From Eledone cirrhosa (lineage: Eukaryota), in contig OZ024756.1 in assembly GCA_964016885.1 (NCBI GenBank), positions 39,494,001-39,558,000 of the forward strand: a DNA stretch of 64,000 nt, read 5' to 3'. The notes beneath the pieces were generated by a model. That model saw nothing but the letters and a program-made list of their open reading frames with translations, was not told where the DNA came from and did not search any database. The first letter of the stretch is position 1, and the number at the start of each line of letters is the position of its first letter. Below are positions 1 to 15,969 of this stretch, one piece after another. A program made the position numbers and the translations under genes.

Positions 1-37
1 TTCTTCCGACCCCCTATTTCGACCGCTATGTATTCAC

Positions 38-141
<104 letters not shown>

Positions 142-198
142 CATTTATTCCGGCGTTTGTCTGTTTTTAATTTTTTTGTTTTCTGATATTCCTATAAT

Positions 199-254
<56 letters not shown>

Positions 255-269
255 CGTGTGTATATGCAG

Positions 270-313
<44 letters not shown>

Positions 314-456
314 GTGTGTATATGCAGTTGTTACATACGAAATTGCTGGAATATTTTGTAGATTTTTACAGTTCTGTACCTGAATCTCATAATTAGCCGA
401 GCTGTTTCTGGTTGTGTGGTTGTGTTTGTAACCCCACTTTTCAATATTTGTGATGT

Positions 457-1066
457 ACGTATATATCCATATGTGTATGTACTCATTATGCATATATATA
501 TCCATATGTGTATGTACTCATTATGCATATATATATGCATACGTGTATGTACTCATTATGCATATATATATGCATACGTGTATGTACTCATTATGCATGT
601 ATATATGCATACGTGTATGTACTCATTATGCATGTATATATGCATACGTGTATGTACTCATTATGCATATATATATGCATACGTGTATGTACTCATTATG
701 CATGTATATATGCATACGTGTATGTACTCATTATGCATATATATATGCATACGTGTATGTACTCATTATGCATGTATATATGCATACGTGTATGTACTCA
801 TTATTGATGTATATATACATACGTGTATGTACTCATTATGCATGTATATATGCATACGTGTATGTACTCATTATGCATATATATATGCATACGTGTATGT
901 ACTCATTATGCATATATATATGCATACGTGTATGTACTCATTATGCATATATATATGCATACGTGTATGTACTCATTATGCATGTATATATCCATACGTG
1001 TATGTACTCATTATGCATGTATATATCCATACGTGTATGTACTGATTATGCATGTATATATGCATG
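457..1066. repeat. 35-bp minisatellite, about 17 copies
   Basis: Unit gcatacgtgtatgtactcattatgcat(a/g)tatatat; period 35. Confidence 0.92.
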
Positions 1067-3302
1067 CTATATTTGTCTTCCAGCTACTGCGTTGTTTGTT
1101 TTGTTAATTTTCTTATTTCTGTTTACCTTTTGCATTTATTTTATTTGCGTTCCAGCCAAGGGTTGAGGCCATGCTAGGGCATATATACATGTCTGCATCG
1201 CGTGATGAAAGAAACTAGGTAGGGACACTTAAGGAAAAATGTAATTGGTTTCGGGGAAACAATGAAAATAGAAAAAAAGAGAATGAAAGTATATTTGGGG
1301 ACGTGATGTAAAAATTTAAAAAATAATAGCAGTTTCGATGCATTAAACTCACTTTTCGGAAATTACTATTCGAAAATAAATGTTTACGTATTCAACATTT
1401 ATTTAACCTACGTAAATGCGTTGAATTATGTCTGTAGATCATTTTATATATATATATATATATATATAAACAACGCATTTAATAACGCATTTAACACGAA
1501 GTGCCGACAGAAAAATAACAAAAATAGAAAGCAATTTCAGGTTTCTACGTTTTGCATTTCCAAATAGCTTTCATTTTTTTTTTTTTGTACCTAATGTTTG
1601 GTGAATGATATAAATGTCGTTCTTTTCCTCTCGCTAAATGATTATTTCAAACTTTTGCCAAAAAAGACAATATTTCTTTTTTATTCTTTGACTGATTAAT
1701 ATTTAAATAAGTTACATACATTTATATATATATATATATATATATTTATATTATAAGATACTGCAGGACATACGATAGATGTCAACACTGTTATTGAAAT
1801 AGATTAGAAGCCATGAATATTTTATCGATTCAATTACATATATATATATATATAGTAATAATAATAAATTTGAAAACTAAAATCTAAAGTGGGCTCGATA
1901 AGGGTGAAAGCAGCGATTCTTTGCTTAAACTTTAATCTGTTATTTTAATAAATATATATATATATATATATAAACAGGGATGTGTTGTTTCCTTGAGCAA
2001 GACACTTTATTTCACGTTGCTCCAGTTTACTCAGCTGTAGAAATGAGATGATAGGACTGGGGTCCCTATCATTAAATCACCCAAGACACCTCCAACGAGA
2101 TATACCTTGGAGGAGGCCAGCTAAACTTACATAGGTGTAAGCTGTAACAACTTACGAGGTCAATAAAATAAAGTACCAGTAACACACTAGATTCGATTTA
2201 ATTGACTTTCCCCACTGCCAAATTGTTGGCCTTTTAAAATTACAAATATATCAAAACATATTCCTGTCTTGGGTAATTCATATTATATTTATTTCAATAT
2301 TTTGAGCTTACATTATTCCTGTTTAATCCCAGACTGTTACTTGTCGGGCTATAGCTTTGTTGGTATAAAAAGAAATATATATTCAAGTTAGTCTAGCTGA
2401 CTTTGTGTTTGGTACAGTAGAATTACAAATCTTCATGAGCTGTCAATAAATGTATTTCTGCCAATTGTTATTTTTGACAACCATTAAGGCTTTTAACAAT
2501 GTTGGCGCCAATGTGTTTTTAAAGCTCATTGACGTCAACATGAACAAAAATAATATCAGTATGCAGTTGAGATTCAATACTAGAACATCTTGTTATGTCG
2601 AATAAAATACTACTAAAAAGATTTTTTTATGAGAACTTATTTTCAGCTTCTAAGATTTGTGAGATATATTGGTTGGTATCATTGTGTAAAATTTAATATT
2701 GTCATATTTTTGTCATATTTTTCGCCTCCAATATCAATCCGATTTGGCAGCTGCAGAGAAATGCTTCCTCATATTGTGCAAGTGATTGTCTCATATCATT
2801 GTATAAAATACGATAAATATATAGACTTTCCATAATCTTTTCTAATGATAACCATAATTGTCGAAACGACTTGCCATTTAGTATTACTTAATTGCCGGAT
2901 GCATGATGCATGATGGGAAGAGTTACTGGAATTTACACCGACATCATTTTTTATTTTCAAAATATATATCTCATAAAAAAAGTTGTCTGTATGTGATAAT
3001 TATTGGAGAATGTGGTGCATAATGCTGCTTAGAGATTCTAAGTTTCATAGACTCTGTACAATACATAAAATTAACAGTTCCAACATCATTACATATTTTC
3101 TGTTTATAATATCTCGCTTTATTTATTGTAAATTATTCTACAGTATTGTCTGCCGCATTCATAAACTCATGTGTTATGTAGCCACGCATTTATTCTCTAT
3201 AATCTGTTATCAGTTTTAACGTGATAAATATAACATCGTTCTGAACATAAACACAGATGCTTATACACACCACACACTCATATATATGTGTGATAGTGTA
3301 TG

Positions 3303-3412
<110 letters not shown>

Positions 3413-3427
3413 CATATATATATATAC

Positions 3428-3494
<67 letters not shown>

Positions 3495-3495
3495 G

Positions 3496-3526
<31 letters not shown>

Positions 3527-3697
3527 GATATATATATATACATATATATATATAGATATATATATATTCACATATATGTATACAGATAGATATATAAACA
3601 TATATATATATATATATATAGATAGATATATATTCACATATATATACATATACATATATATATATACATATATATATACATATATATATACATATAC

Positions 3698-3760
<63 letters not shown>

Positions 3761-4091
3761 TATGTATGTATAATGGCTATGTAATAATACTATTTTATAT
3801 AAATATAATATACATATAATATACATGGGGTCAAACAAAGCCAGTCAAACAGAATTCAGTCGATATGATGGATTGACGATATACAATTGTAGCTTGATTT
3901 ACTGGCTCCACAGGGATAAATGACATTGTCCACATACGTTGGCAAAAATAAACATATTTTAGGTTTTTATATCTCTGTAGCTAAATTATTGTAATCTCGG
4001 GTTTTTTCTAATCATTAATATATTCCTTCTCATACTCTTCTTGTTTTCATCTGAACATTTGTATATATTTATATATTGGGAAATTTTCTCG

Positions 4092-4867
4092 AATTGAGAA
4101 ATCGCAGCTCCGATACTACGAGCAAGTAGTTCGAATGTCTCAGGAAAGGATCTCTAAATTGAGAGATCACAGCTCCGATACTATGGGCATGTTGTTAGAA
4201 TGTCTCAGGAAAAGATCTCTAAATTGAGAGATCACAGCTCCGATACTATGGGCATGTGGTGAGAATGTCTCAGGAAAGGATCTCTAAATTGAGAGATCAC
4301 AGTTCCGATACTATGGGCATGTGGTTAGAATGTCTCAGCAAAAGATCTCTAAATTGAGAGATCACAGCTCCGATACTATGGGCATGTGGTGAGAATGTCT
4401 CAGGAAAGGATCTCTAAATTGAGAGATCGCAGCTCTGATACTATGGGCATGTGGCTAGAATATCTCAGGAAAGGATCTCTAAGTTGAGAGATCACAGCTC
4501 TGATACTATGGGCATGTTGTTAGAATGTCTCAGGAAAAGATCTCTAAATTGAGAGATCGCAGCTCCGATACTATGGGCATGTGGCTAGAATGTCTCAGGA
4601 AAGGATCTCTAAATTGAGAGATCACAGCTCCGATACTATGGGCATGTTGTTAGAATGTCTCAGCAAAAGATCTCTAAATTGAGAGATCACAGCTCCGATA
4701 CTATGGGCATGTAGCTAGAATGTCTCAGGAAAGGATCTCTAAGTTGAGAGATTGCAGCTCTGATACTATGGACATGTTGTTAGAATGTCTCAGGAAAGGA
4801 TCTCTAAATTGAGATATCACAGCGCCGATACTATGGGCATGTTGTTAGAATGTCTCAGGAAAGGATA
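4092..4867 (+). repeat. 65-bp x12 minisatellite derived from an RTE LINE ORF
   Basis: Units start at 4092, 4157 ... 4807; each encodes IERSQLRYYGHVVRMSQERI. Confidence 0.9.
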
Positions 4868-5016
4868 GCTGGATAGATCTTACGGGCAAAATGGTTGGAT
4901 AACATCCATGAACTTGGCATCAATTTGAGGCGGTTGCTTCTGACTGGACCCGCTAGAAGGAATGATTGAGGACTCTGCCTCCACCACCCTCTGAAGAAGA
5001 AGAAGAAGAAGAAGAA
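4092..5016 (+). mobile_element. 5'-truncated RTE-clade LINE 3' end with (GAA)8 tail
   Basis: QLRxxGHVxRM motif, a WLDNI segment and a GAA tail; homologous to 32259-32515 (-) and 34403-34525 (+). Confidence 0.8.
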
Positions 5017-5851
5017 TAATAATGTATTTATGCTGGTCTGTGTGATTAAATTTCTCCATCTATTCAATGCACTTTGTGCATATTTACGAAGTTAAAGATG
5101 TTATGAGCCTACTGTCAGTTCAGTTTTATATCTCGCATATTTCTTGTTTGTTTGTTGCTTTTAAAATTTAAAGATAATATATCACTAGACAAATCTCAGG
5201 TCCGTGATTATTGTTCTGAAAAAGGGAGGTTTAATGTTACCTGGAAAGTATCATTTATTTAATAACCGTCCAAATATATAATCTATTGCAACAATCCTAC
5301 ATACCATGTGGCTATAATTTTCTCTAAAGAGTTTTAAATTATTTACCTGCAGTTCTTCGCCTTAATTGTCCACACAGACATTCAGAGCAATACGTTTATT
5401 GGGCGGGAAGATTATACAGTATCTCTGTGCATACACACATCCACACACACACACACACACATACAGGCTCAGAGACACACATATATACCCCACACACATA
5501 CATGGTCACACACAGGCATATAAGGCAACCGTCTTCTACTTAAACATCAGGCTGAATAAGATTTTTGTTAGTGAAATTCGGCAAACGGAAACTATGCGGT
5601 TGCCTGTCTAACATCTATTTGTTCATGTGTAACAAATGGTTTTGTTTAGTTACTCTTTGTTTCAAAAACGATGTCGATAAAATAGCTACTAAATACATAG
5701 TCGACTTGGAGGCTTTGCTCCAGAGGACTTCAGACTGACTGACAAAAGTAATATAAAAGAATATATATATATGCATATATGAATATATAAATAGCTCTGT
5801 ACTGTACATAGAGCACTCTTCTTTCCTTTACCGCTTCCACGGAAATGCTTA

Positions 5852-6728
<877 letters not shown>

Positions 6729-6825
6729 GAAAGACGTAAAATAAGAAAATTATAATAATTAACTTACTTACTTAAGTTTCACTCCAACTAATTAGTTTCT
6801 GAAAGGGGATCTTAGCCGAGAATTG

Positions 6826-6902
6826 ACTCCCTGATGAAGAAAGGATTCTCCATAGCTTTGAACACTATGTATATCCCCTTTCAGAAACTAATTAGTTGGA
6901 GT
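6826..6902 (+). ncRNA. Type I hammerhead ribozyme motif
   Basis: Stem I ACTCC/GGAGT, core CTGATGA, stem II GAAAGG/CCTTTC with long loop, GAAA, palindromic stem III ACTAATTAGT, GUU triplet. Confidence 0.8.
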
Positions 6903-7060
6903 GAAACTTTAGTAAGTTAATTATTATAATTTATTTATTTTACGTCTTTCATATAATTGTTCTACATTTTTGTATTGAACCACAAAGTTACTAAGACAAC
7001 ACCTATATGTTCGTACCGTAAGTATACTTCTGTATAAATGTGTTGGTAGATATACTAATT

Positions 7061-7125
<65 letters not shown>

Positions 7126-7276
7126 TGAAGTTTGCTATTAGTGTGACAAACGTTCAATAAATATTCAATGTATGTAATAAAAGAAATATACAAAAACTGT
7201 GATTAATGTTCGCTACATTACATTGAAGAGGAGATGGTATGTGCGAAGGAAGACATTCTTGAAAACAAATTAAAGA

Positions 7277-7430
<154 letters not shown>

Positions 7431-7791
7431 TCTTTAATTTGTTTTCAAGAATGTCTTCCTTCGCACATACCATACATTTATATACACATATAGATATATA
7501 TAGATATATAGTGTGGCCACTTTCGCCATTGAAATATATATCACAGCATTATTATTAAAGGACTTGAACATGTGAAACTACTTCGCTTTTCCTTATTCTA
7601 TATATATATATGGAGATATATACATATATATATATAGATATATACATATATATATATATATGGGAGAGGAAATGGTATATATTTTATCTTGTAATTCTAT
7701 AGACATGTTTTATGATATATATATATATATATTTTTAAATACATACATATATATACATACATATACACATATATATATACATATATATACA

Positions 7792-7872
<81 letters not shown>

Positions 7873-8129
7873 AACACTATACACACACATCAAACACTAT
7901 ACACACATGAAAACGCATGGGTAGAGAAGAAGATAAAAATAAATAAATAAATAAATAAACAGATTAAATAAAGATGACGTAGACATACAATACAACAGGA
8001 GGAAACATAATAGCACCACTGACGATGTTGCAGATGTGCAACGAAAGAACTTTGTTATATATGTGTTTGTGTCTATATTGTATCTGTATTTTGGTAAACA
8101 TTGAGGACCGAATAAATTAACTGATATAA

Positions 8130-8226
8130 AAGACACAGAAGCGAAAACCAACCAAACAGTGAGTGTGTTCTGTTATTAATTCTGGGAATATTATTACAAC
8201 AATATGACCCTCCCCAAGTATAACAA
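8130..8226 (-). repeat. Dispersed repeat starting TGTTATACTTGGGGAGG (possible LTR 5' end)
   Basis: Homologous pieces at 22094-22156 (+), 35376-35495 (+) and 51880-51985 (-). Confidence 0.55.
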
Positions 8227-8243
8227 TATATATACATACATAT

Positions 8244-8303
<60 letters not shown>

Positions 8304-8398
8304 GTATATATATGTATGTATATATAAGTATATATATGTATATATATGTATATGTATATATGTATATATATATATATATATATGTATGTATCTATATG

Positions 8399-8430
<32 letters not shown>

Positions 8431-8448
8431 TATGTATGTATCTATATG

Positions 8449-8480
<32 letters not shown>

Positions 8481-9069
8481 TGTATGTATCTATATGTATA
8501 TACATATATGTTTATATAACTATATATGTGAGGGAACGATTCCAATTCCACATCTGTATAGAAATTTTTCGCATTTCTGAGTAAACTTAAACAAATTTTC
8601 TGAAAATTATTAGTGGTAATATATTCAGATGGTAGTTTACAAAGGAGAGCTCGCTGATCTAAAACGCGAATAGTTTTACTCTGTAGTATACTTCAATTGA
8701 TAGTATTGCCTTTTAAGTAGTGTCATTTGAAAGACATAGACACGTTCAGCGATATTAAAAGCAAAACACTCCCCTCGTGTGAATTGAATTATGCATAACG
8801 TATATTTTGAAATACTGTACTTATTGCTCTCTGGACGAAATTATATGAGCAATTTAGATGCATATTAGCTGATCACCCGGAGATCTGCTAAATCTGAGTA
8901 ATGCAACAGACGCACATAGAACAACAGTTTATTCTATCTTGGGAATATGGCTGTTAATGTTATTGTAACATCCCACCCTTGTGGGTTCATATATATACTG
9001 AGAGAAGTAAAAATACAATTCCTCATAGCGAATGGACAGTTCCTTATTCATAGAGCGGTCTGTGTGAAT

Positions 9070-9340
9070 AATGGTTTCTACTTTAGGCACAAGGCCAGCA
9101 ATTTTGGGAAGGGAAAGTTCATTAAATCGACGAAAGGCAAAGCTAACCTCGGCGGGATTTGAACTCAGAACGCAAAAGGCCGTAACTCTATAATGCAAAG
9201 CATGGTGTCAGACGCTCTACCGATATTGCCAATCCACCAATAATAATGGTTTCTTATATAGGCACAAGGCCAGAAATTTTTTAGGGGAGGGAAAGTCGAT
9301 TAAATTCACCCCAGCACGTTACTGGTGCTTTATTTTATCA
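9070..9340 (-). mobile_element. Two tandem SINE family A pieces
   Basis: An internally deleted copy at 9070-9238 plus a 3' part at 9243-9340. Confidence 0.8.
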
Positions 9341-9341
9341 T

Positions 9342-9409
9342 CTCTCTCTGACGAACGATCCAGACGTATATTATTATCGTCTGTGATCCAGAAACCTTTG
9401 GTAATGGAG
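9342..9409 (+). ncRNA. Type I hammerhead ribozyme motif (same family as 50678-50744)
   Basis: CTGACGA, GATC-CAGACG/CGTCTG-GATC stem II, GAAA, ACC-ttt-GGT stem III, GUA, then ATGGAG; stem I partly decayed. Confidence 0.65.
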
Positions 9410-9440
9410 TAGTTATATTTTGTGTTGTTCACTTTCTGAT

Positions 9441-9504
<64 letters not shown>

Positions 9505-9883
9505 CTTTTTTATTTTATTTATTATAATTTTTTTTTTTTTCTGTTTTCCTAGTTTTCCAAGGTCGGGGAAATAAATTCCTTTGTCGTTTACACGCTGTTT
9601 TTAGAATTACAATATGGAATCAGGCGGAATCTGCTTTCATATAGCGTTACAATCGAATCAGCATATAAAGAGAATGGACAAGAGTGAAAGAGAGAGGAGG
9701 AAGAGGGAGAGGGGAGAGGAGAAGAAGGGTAGGAAGGAGTGAATGTGTAAAAGGAAATAAGGTGTAGAAAATCGATTTCAAAAGAACCAACATTTCGTTG
9801 TGTGTCAAATATATCAGGAAAAAAATGATATATGTTTATATACATATATATACACACACATATATATATATATATATATACAT

Positions 9884-9935
<52 letters not shown>

Positions 9936-10012
9936 AAAAGGTAAACAGAAATAACTATATATATATACATATATATATATAGTAATAATATACTATAAAC
10001 TTTAATCTGTTA

Positions 10013-10088
<76 letters not shown>

Positions 10089-10553
10089 GAAAGGTATAGA
10101 AAACATTGTAGTAAAAAGCCAACAGTATTCCATAATATATATATATTCATATATATATATACATATATATATATATACATATATACATATACATATATAT
10201 ATACATATATATACATATGTATATATATGTATATATATATATGTATATATATATACATATATATATTTATATATACATATGTATATATATACATATATAT
10301 ACATATGTATATATATGTATATATATATGTATATATATATACATATATATATATTTATATATACATATACATACATATATATATATACATATCTATATAT
10401 ATACATATATATATATATACATACGTATACACATATATATATACATATGTATATACATACATATATATATATATACATATGTATATACATACCATACATA
10501 TATATATAAATACATATGTATATACATACATGCATATATATATACACATGTAT

Positions 10554-10585
<32 letters not shown>

Positions 10586-10629
10586 TTATATGTATATACA
10601 TATATACATATATATATATATGTATATAC

Positions 10630-10711
<82 letters not shown>

Positions 10712-12021
10712 TCACACACACACAGAGAAACACTCATTCAAGTGCGAAAATGTCCAAGAAAATAGACAGGTTCCGGTTCATGATATGTTACATAGTAGAA
10801 ATCTGCCTGTTTCTTTGTGACACGTGACAGCAACGTAATATTTATTATGGTAGGAATCCATATCAATGTCTAGCGCCATCAGAGAACTGACCACCTCACT
10901 GTGTTTACACTGAGTAGTTTAGAAAATGTCATATGTTTGCGGAAAATCTATTACTTTAGATAATTTCTTCTGTTTGGGGGTTTAGCGGGAGTGTACATGG
11001 GAATAAGAAGGATCGATCGACTGTCGTCAATTCGGACCGAGGAAACGATATTTCCGTTGGTCTTTCCAAATGCTAATACTATCTATCGGTCGCAACTCCA
11101 GGTAGAAGGAGCAACGTGAAATAAAGTGTCTTCTTCAAGGACATAAGGGATCGCCCGGTCCAGGAATCGAACGAATGTGAATAAGTGTTAGAGTAAATAT
11201 AAGGTATGAGTGTCAGAGTATTGAAGATTTAATATAACTGGTGTTAGAAATATGGATTCTTGTCTGTTTGATACTAGTTTTTGTGTGTGTTCAGTACAGT
11301 TATCATTCAATGTTTGCAAATGCATGAAAGAAATGTATGAAAAACTACATTTTTGACATGCAGATCAAAAGAATTCGCTCATATTTCACCTTCAAGTTTA
11401 TTTTATTTCATACAACGATATTTTTTCAGAATATGGTAACATTCATCTAGAATGATTTTTTTTTTTTAAACTGTCAGTGCCATCTAATTCAATATGTTAG
11501 CCACACACGTTTTATTTGAACATAAACTATCTCAGAAAAAATAATTTTCAGTTTTGATTCTACAAACTCGACATAACCAGGACCGGCGGGGCGAATCTCC
11601 GGCGGATTTCAGTCCTAATTCTAGCGAGGAAATTTGTCCGAGATGCTGCCATAGCCAAAACCTAACCCCACGGTGGCAGTGGTAGAAGTTCAGCACTGTG
11701 GCAGCATCTTGTGGCCTTTTAAAGAAGAAGATAGTAGAATTCCACTGTTAGAAAAAAGCACACTGTTGGTGGTTTTATTCAAATGGTTTGATAAGTGCGC
11801 CGAATTCTCAACCAAGGAAGTTGTGTAAATAACAATATTCGTAGAAATCAAACTAACATAAAAGAATATGTATATGTATGTATGTATGTATGTATGTATA
11901 TGTGTGTATGTATGTATGTATGTATGTATGTATGTATGTATGTATGTATGTGTGCGAGAGAGAGAGAGTGTGTCCTGCATTCAATCGGGTGTAAGCACAG
12001 TAAGGTATTCAATACAGTAGA

Positions 12022-12059
<38 letters not shown>

Positions 12060-12185
12060 TCTACTGTATTGAATACACAGATATATATATTACACATAGA
12101 GAGTGAGAGAGAGAGAGAGAGAGAGAGTGAGAGAGAGAGAGGGAGAGAGAGAGAATGAGAGAGAGAGAGAATGAGAGAGAGAGAG

Positions 12186-12235
<50 letters not shown>

Positions 12236-13408
12236 TGAGAGAGAGAGAGATAGAGAGAGAGATGTTGGTAGATAGGGTTAGGGTTAAGAGAGTATCATTA
12301 GAAAAGTAAAGTATTTATATATTATTTCAGGCGTAAAATGGGCAGTCTTATACGATATTGACTTTCTAACACCTGTTTAATTAGTTCCTCATTATTGCAG
12401 GTATTTCAATGTGTGAAGTGATTGAACACAGTTTATAAATTATCACATACACCATCTAACTCTTGTACAGTAGGTAAACTGATGAAGTTTATGAATACGA
12501 AATTAGTAACACAGTGTACGGCGTCATGATAGAAAATATTACGCATAAATCTTCTTGAATGCTCATATAATTATTTCCTGATAGCAAGCGCCCTTGCCTA
12601 CAACTGGGATTATTGGATAGTCGCTAACACAATTTTCATATATAATATGTGTGTTCAAGTGTCATGAATTTGTGATTGAAATGGCATTCGTAAATGTCTC
12701 TACTTTTATTCCCCATAAGAAATGTAAGAGCATAAATATGTGTTTATTTCTCTTTAACATATACAAACGTGTTCTTTAGAGTAACCGTAATTTAACTCAA
12801 CTGCATACCATACATGGTATATAATAAATATAAACATAATTTTATGAGAAACATTAACAAATATTGGATTCATTGTATCTACTCTGGTATGACATTCTTA
12901 GGAATATGTAAAATTTACCCTTCCTATCAGCATATACCGATTTCTGGGAATCGAATTATGTTTGGACACAAAAATACTTGAGAAAACATTGACTAGAAAT
13001 ACTGAATACTTCAGTATAATTGGAAAACATACCACCCATTCCTATTTCCTAGAAATCTTATTCAATCTGGGCTTAATCGGGTTTATTTTTCTGTTATTTC
13101 TTCTGTATGAAATTTCTAGTGGAATTTTCTATGGAAGTTTCTAGTCAATGTATGGAAACACAACAATTGAATAAAGTCGGTTGAAATGTATTGTTATTTC
13201 AGTTGCGTCATATCTGTAATACCGCAAAATAAAATGGTGATAGATATATAAAGAGAGAAAGGGAGACTTAGAGAGAGCGAGGCAGTTGGTGGAGAAACGA
13301 AATAAAAACAAGACCAATAATTTAGGGGCAGGGAAAGTTGATTAATCGACCCTAGTAGTTAACTGGTACTTTATTTTTGTCGAAAATACAAAATAGAAGG
13401 TAACCATA

Positions 13409-13459
<51 letters not shown>

Positions 13460-13510
13460 AAAACCACAGATGTGAGAAAAACCACAGACCCTCCATCTCA
13501 TCTCAACTCT

Positions 13511-13548
13511 ACTTTTGAAAAGCAGAAGAACTGCGAAACCGGTAAAGG
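13511..13548 (+). ncRNA. Minimal type I hammerhead, U3-A8 core variant
   Basis: (a)CTT TTGAAAA GCAG-aagaa-CTGC GAAA CCGG T A AAG(g); palindromic stem III ACCGGT. Confidence 0.7.
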
Positions 13549-13678
13549 AACCAAATAAATATATATATATTTTTTTAAATAAGACTCCAGTTGCAATTTC
13601 GATTTCATCTTTTTTTCTTTATACTTTCACTCGTGTAGGACACCTCGGTTATTTTTCATTTTGTAAAAAAAACCTCAC

Positions 13679-13736
<58 letters not shown>

Positions 13737-13739
<3 letters not shown>

Positions 13740-14107
13740 GATAAATCTACCAAGAGTTTACGGTAGTGTCCAATCCGTATGAAGAACTCAATGTAGTCCG
13801 GATATCATGGAAAGAAGAGATGCAATGAAAAATCACTTTCGGTGAAAGATAAACGGAATACAGAGTCAAGATAAAATATTAAAAAAATAATGAATAAAAC
13901 AATGAAACAGTTCCTTATATTAAACAAAAAAAGTTCATTATTTAACGATCGTTTCTAGGATATATATGTGTTAGAATTGATCTGTTGAATATGCATGCCA
14001 ATTCTAACACATATATATCCTAGAAACGATCGTTAAATAATGAACTTTTTTTGTTTAATATAAGGAACTGTTTCATTGTTTTATTCATTATTTTTTTAAT
14101 ATTTTAT
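13737..14107 (-). mobile_element. Fold-back mini-element in (TA)n with hammerhead 3' half
   Basis: About 109-bp arms 13871-13979 / 13999-14107, each with GAAACGATCGTT (palindromic stem III). Confidence 0.65.
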
Positions 14108-14306
14108 ATATATATATATATATATATGTGTATATATTTATATATATATATATATAATTATACATATATATATATATAACGAAGGAAGTGTGGTAAGGAA
14201 CCAAGTGGGCCATAACGCACCAGAGTACTCAATACTTAGGGTAGTAGAGTGGGAAATAGGAAATTGTTCAAGACCCCGACGGCAGAGCTCAAGCCGTTAA
14301 CATAAT

Positions 14307-14354
14307 CAGGTACTTAAGTTTCGTTGGGTTCTGGACACCAACTCATTCAGTCTG
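14307..14354 (-). ncRNA. Type I hammerhead motif with one extra core nucleotide
   Basis: Reverse strand reads cagaCTGAATGA GTTGG..CCAAC GAAA CTTAAG T A cctg; palindromic stem III ACTTAAGT. Confidence 0.6.
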
Positions 14355-14361
14355 TCATAAG

Positions 14362-14403
<42 letters not shown>

Positions 14404-14833
14404 AGGGCAGGTAACATTCCCGATATATATATATATGATATATATATATATATGATATATATATATAACACCAAACCAACACTTGACTTTGAAATATATA
14501 CAACACACAGAAGATAGCACTACTAATCGCATCATATTATGGAGACATATATCATTAAAACACAATCATAATTTCTCTTTCTCACTCACTCTCCCCCTTT
14601 CTCTCTCCCCTCCCCCTCTCTCTCTCACACACACACATACACACACACTTGTATATTCAAATCATCGTTTTAAATGTATACAATTAAGAGATAAAATATT
14701 ATACATACAAATATATATTTAATATATCATATTGCATAAATCAATAATAGAAATATTTGAACTTATCTGTAAACTACTGGCTGTCTTGTTGAGTGTCCTC
14801 AAACATATATGTAAATGACGTGAATGTGATAAA

Positions 14834-15017
14834 TAATTGTTTCTACTTTAGGCACAAGGCCAGCAATTATCCAGTGCATTACTGGTACTTTATTTTATCG
14901 ACCCCGTAAGGATGAAAGGCAAAGTCAACCTCGGCGGGATTTGAACTCAGATCGTAAAGGGACGTAACTATGCTGGAAAGCATGGCGTCCGACCCTCTAC
15001 CGATACTGCCAATCCAC
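14834..15017 (-). mobile_element. SINE family A with TSD
   Basis: Reverse copy; flanking direct repeat gtgaatgtgataaataat. Confidence 0.88.
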
Positions 15018-15784
15018 GACCCTGTGAATGTGATAAATAATGCTTGAACATAATTAATTTCATTTAGGTACATTAGACAGTTCCAAATTCTGTAGAGATT
15101 CCATTTTAAGAATTTCAGTGGTATAAGAATTACAGGAGGTTTTTAGATTTATATTTTTCAATGTATTTCAGGCATATCTGGGTGGTAGTCTGTGTTAAAT
15201 GTTTAGCAGATATGTCACGTTTCTCTCGTGGTAGAATAGGTTTCAAATCATGCACGACATGGTTTATTTCTGTATTCAAATATCGTAATTGTAATTGTTA
15301 GGCTCAGGAATATCTAATCTATTTCAATATAAAATGGAATACACATTATAATGTATGTAATGTCCCGTAACCCCCGATAGAGACGTAGGGACGCCGTAGT
15401 GACATACGGCGTTTCTTGTCCATTTTAAGCCTGGCGGAAGCCATCCTTCTCCAGGCCTGAGTACAGCAGATTTCTTCCAGAGACAGATAGAGAGTGACAG
15501 AGAGAGGAAATGAGAAAGAGATATAGAGAAAAAATCGACCCCACCCCCAGTACTAGACTGGTACTTTTTTTATCGATCTGGAAAGGTTAAAAGGCAAGGT
15601 TGACCTCGGTGGGATTTGACCTTAGAGAGCAGAGAGCCGGAACAAATACCATAAAGCATTATATTCGCCGCCTACATTCTAATTTATTGAAAGATAAACA
15701 AAAGACTAACGCAAAAGGTAATTTCCCCGACACACCTCTATACTAATTAGCTTTATTAGTTGATTGTCATTCTTTATAAATAAA

Positions 15785-15969
15785 GTTTCTACTTTTGGCA
15801 CATGGCCAGCAACTACCCCAGTGTATTACTGGTGCATTATTTAAACGACCCCGTAAGGATGAAAGACAAAGTTAACCTCATCGGATTTGAACTCAGAACG
15901 TAAAGGGTCATAACTCTATGCTTCAAAGCATGGTGTCTGATGCTCTACCGATACAGCCAAACCACCGCC
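15785..15969 (-). mobile_element. SINE family A with TSD
   Basis: Flanking repeat attc(t/c)ttataaataaagt; a more diverged copy lies at about 15530-15660. Confidence 0.85.

Noticed and set aside
4092-4867. CRISPR-like regular array (also 457-1066 and 53166-53755)
   Set aside because: Units are contiguous with no unique spacers, there are no cas genes, and the context is eukaryotic.
12274-12287. Telomere-like GGGTTAGGGTTA
   Set aside because: Only two units; not an interstitial telomeric array.
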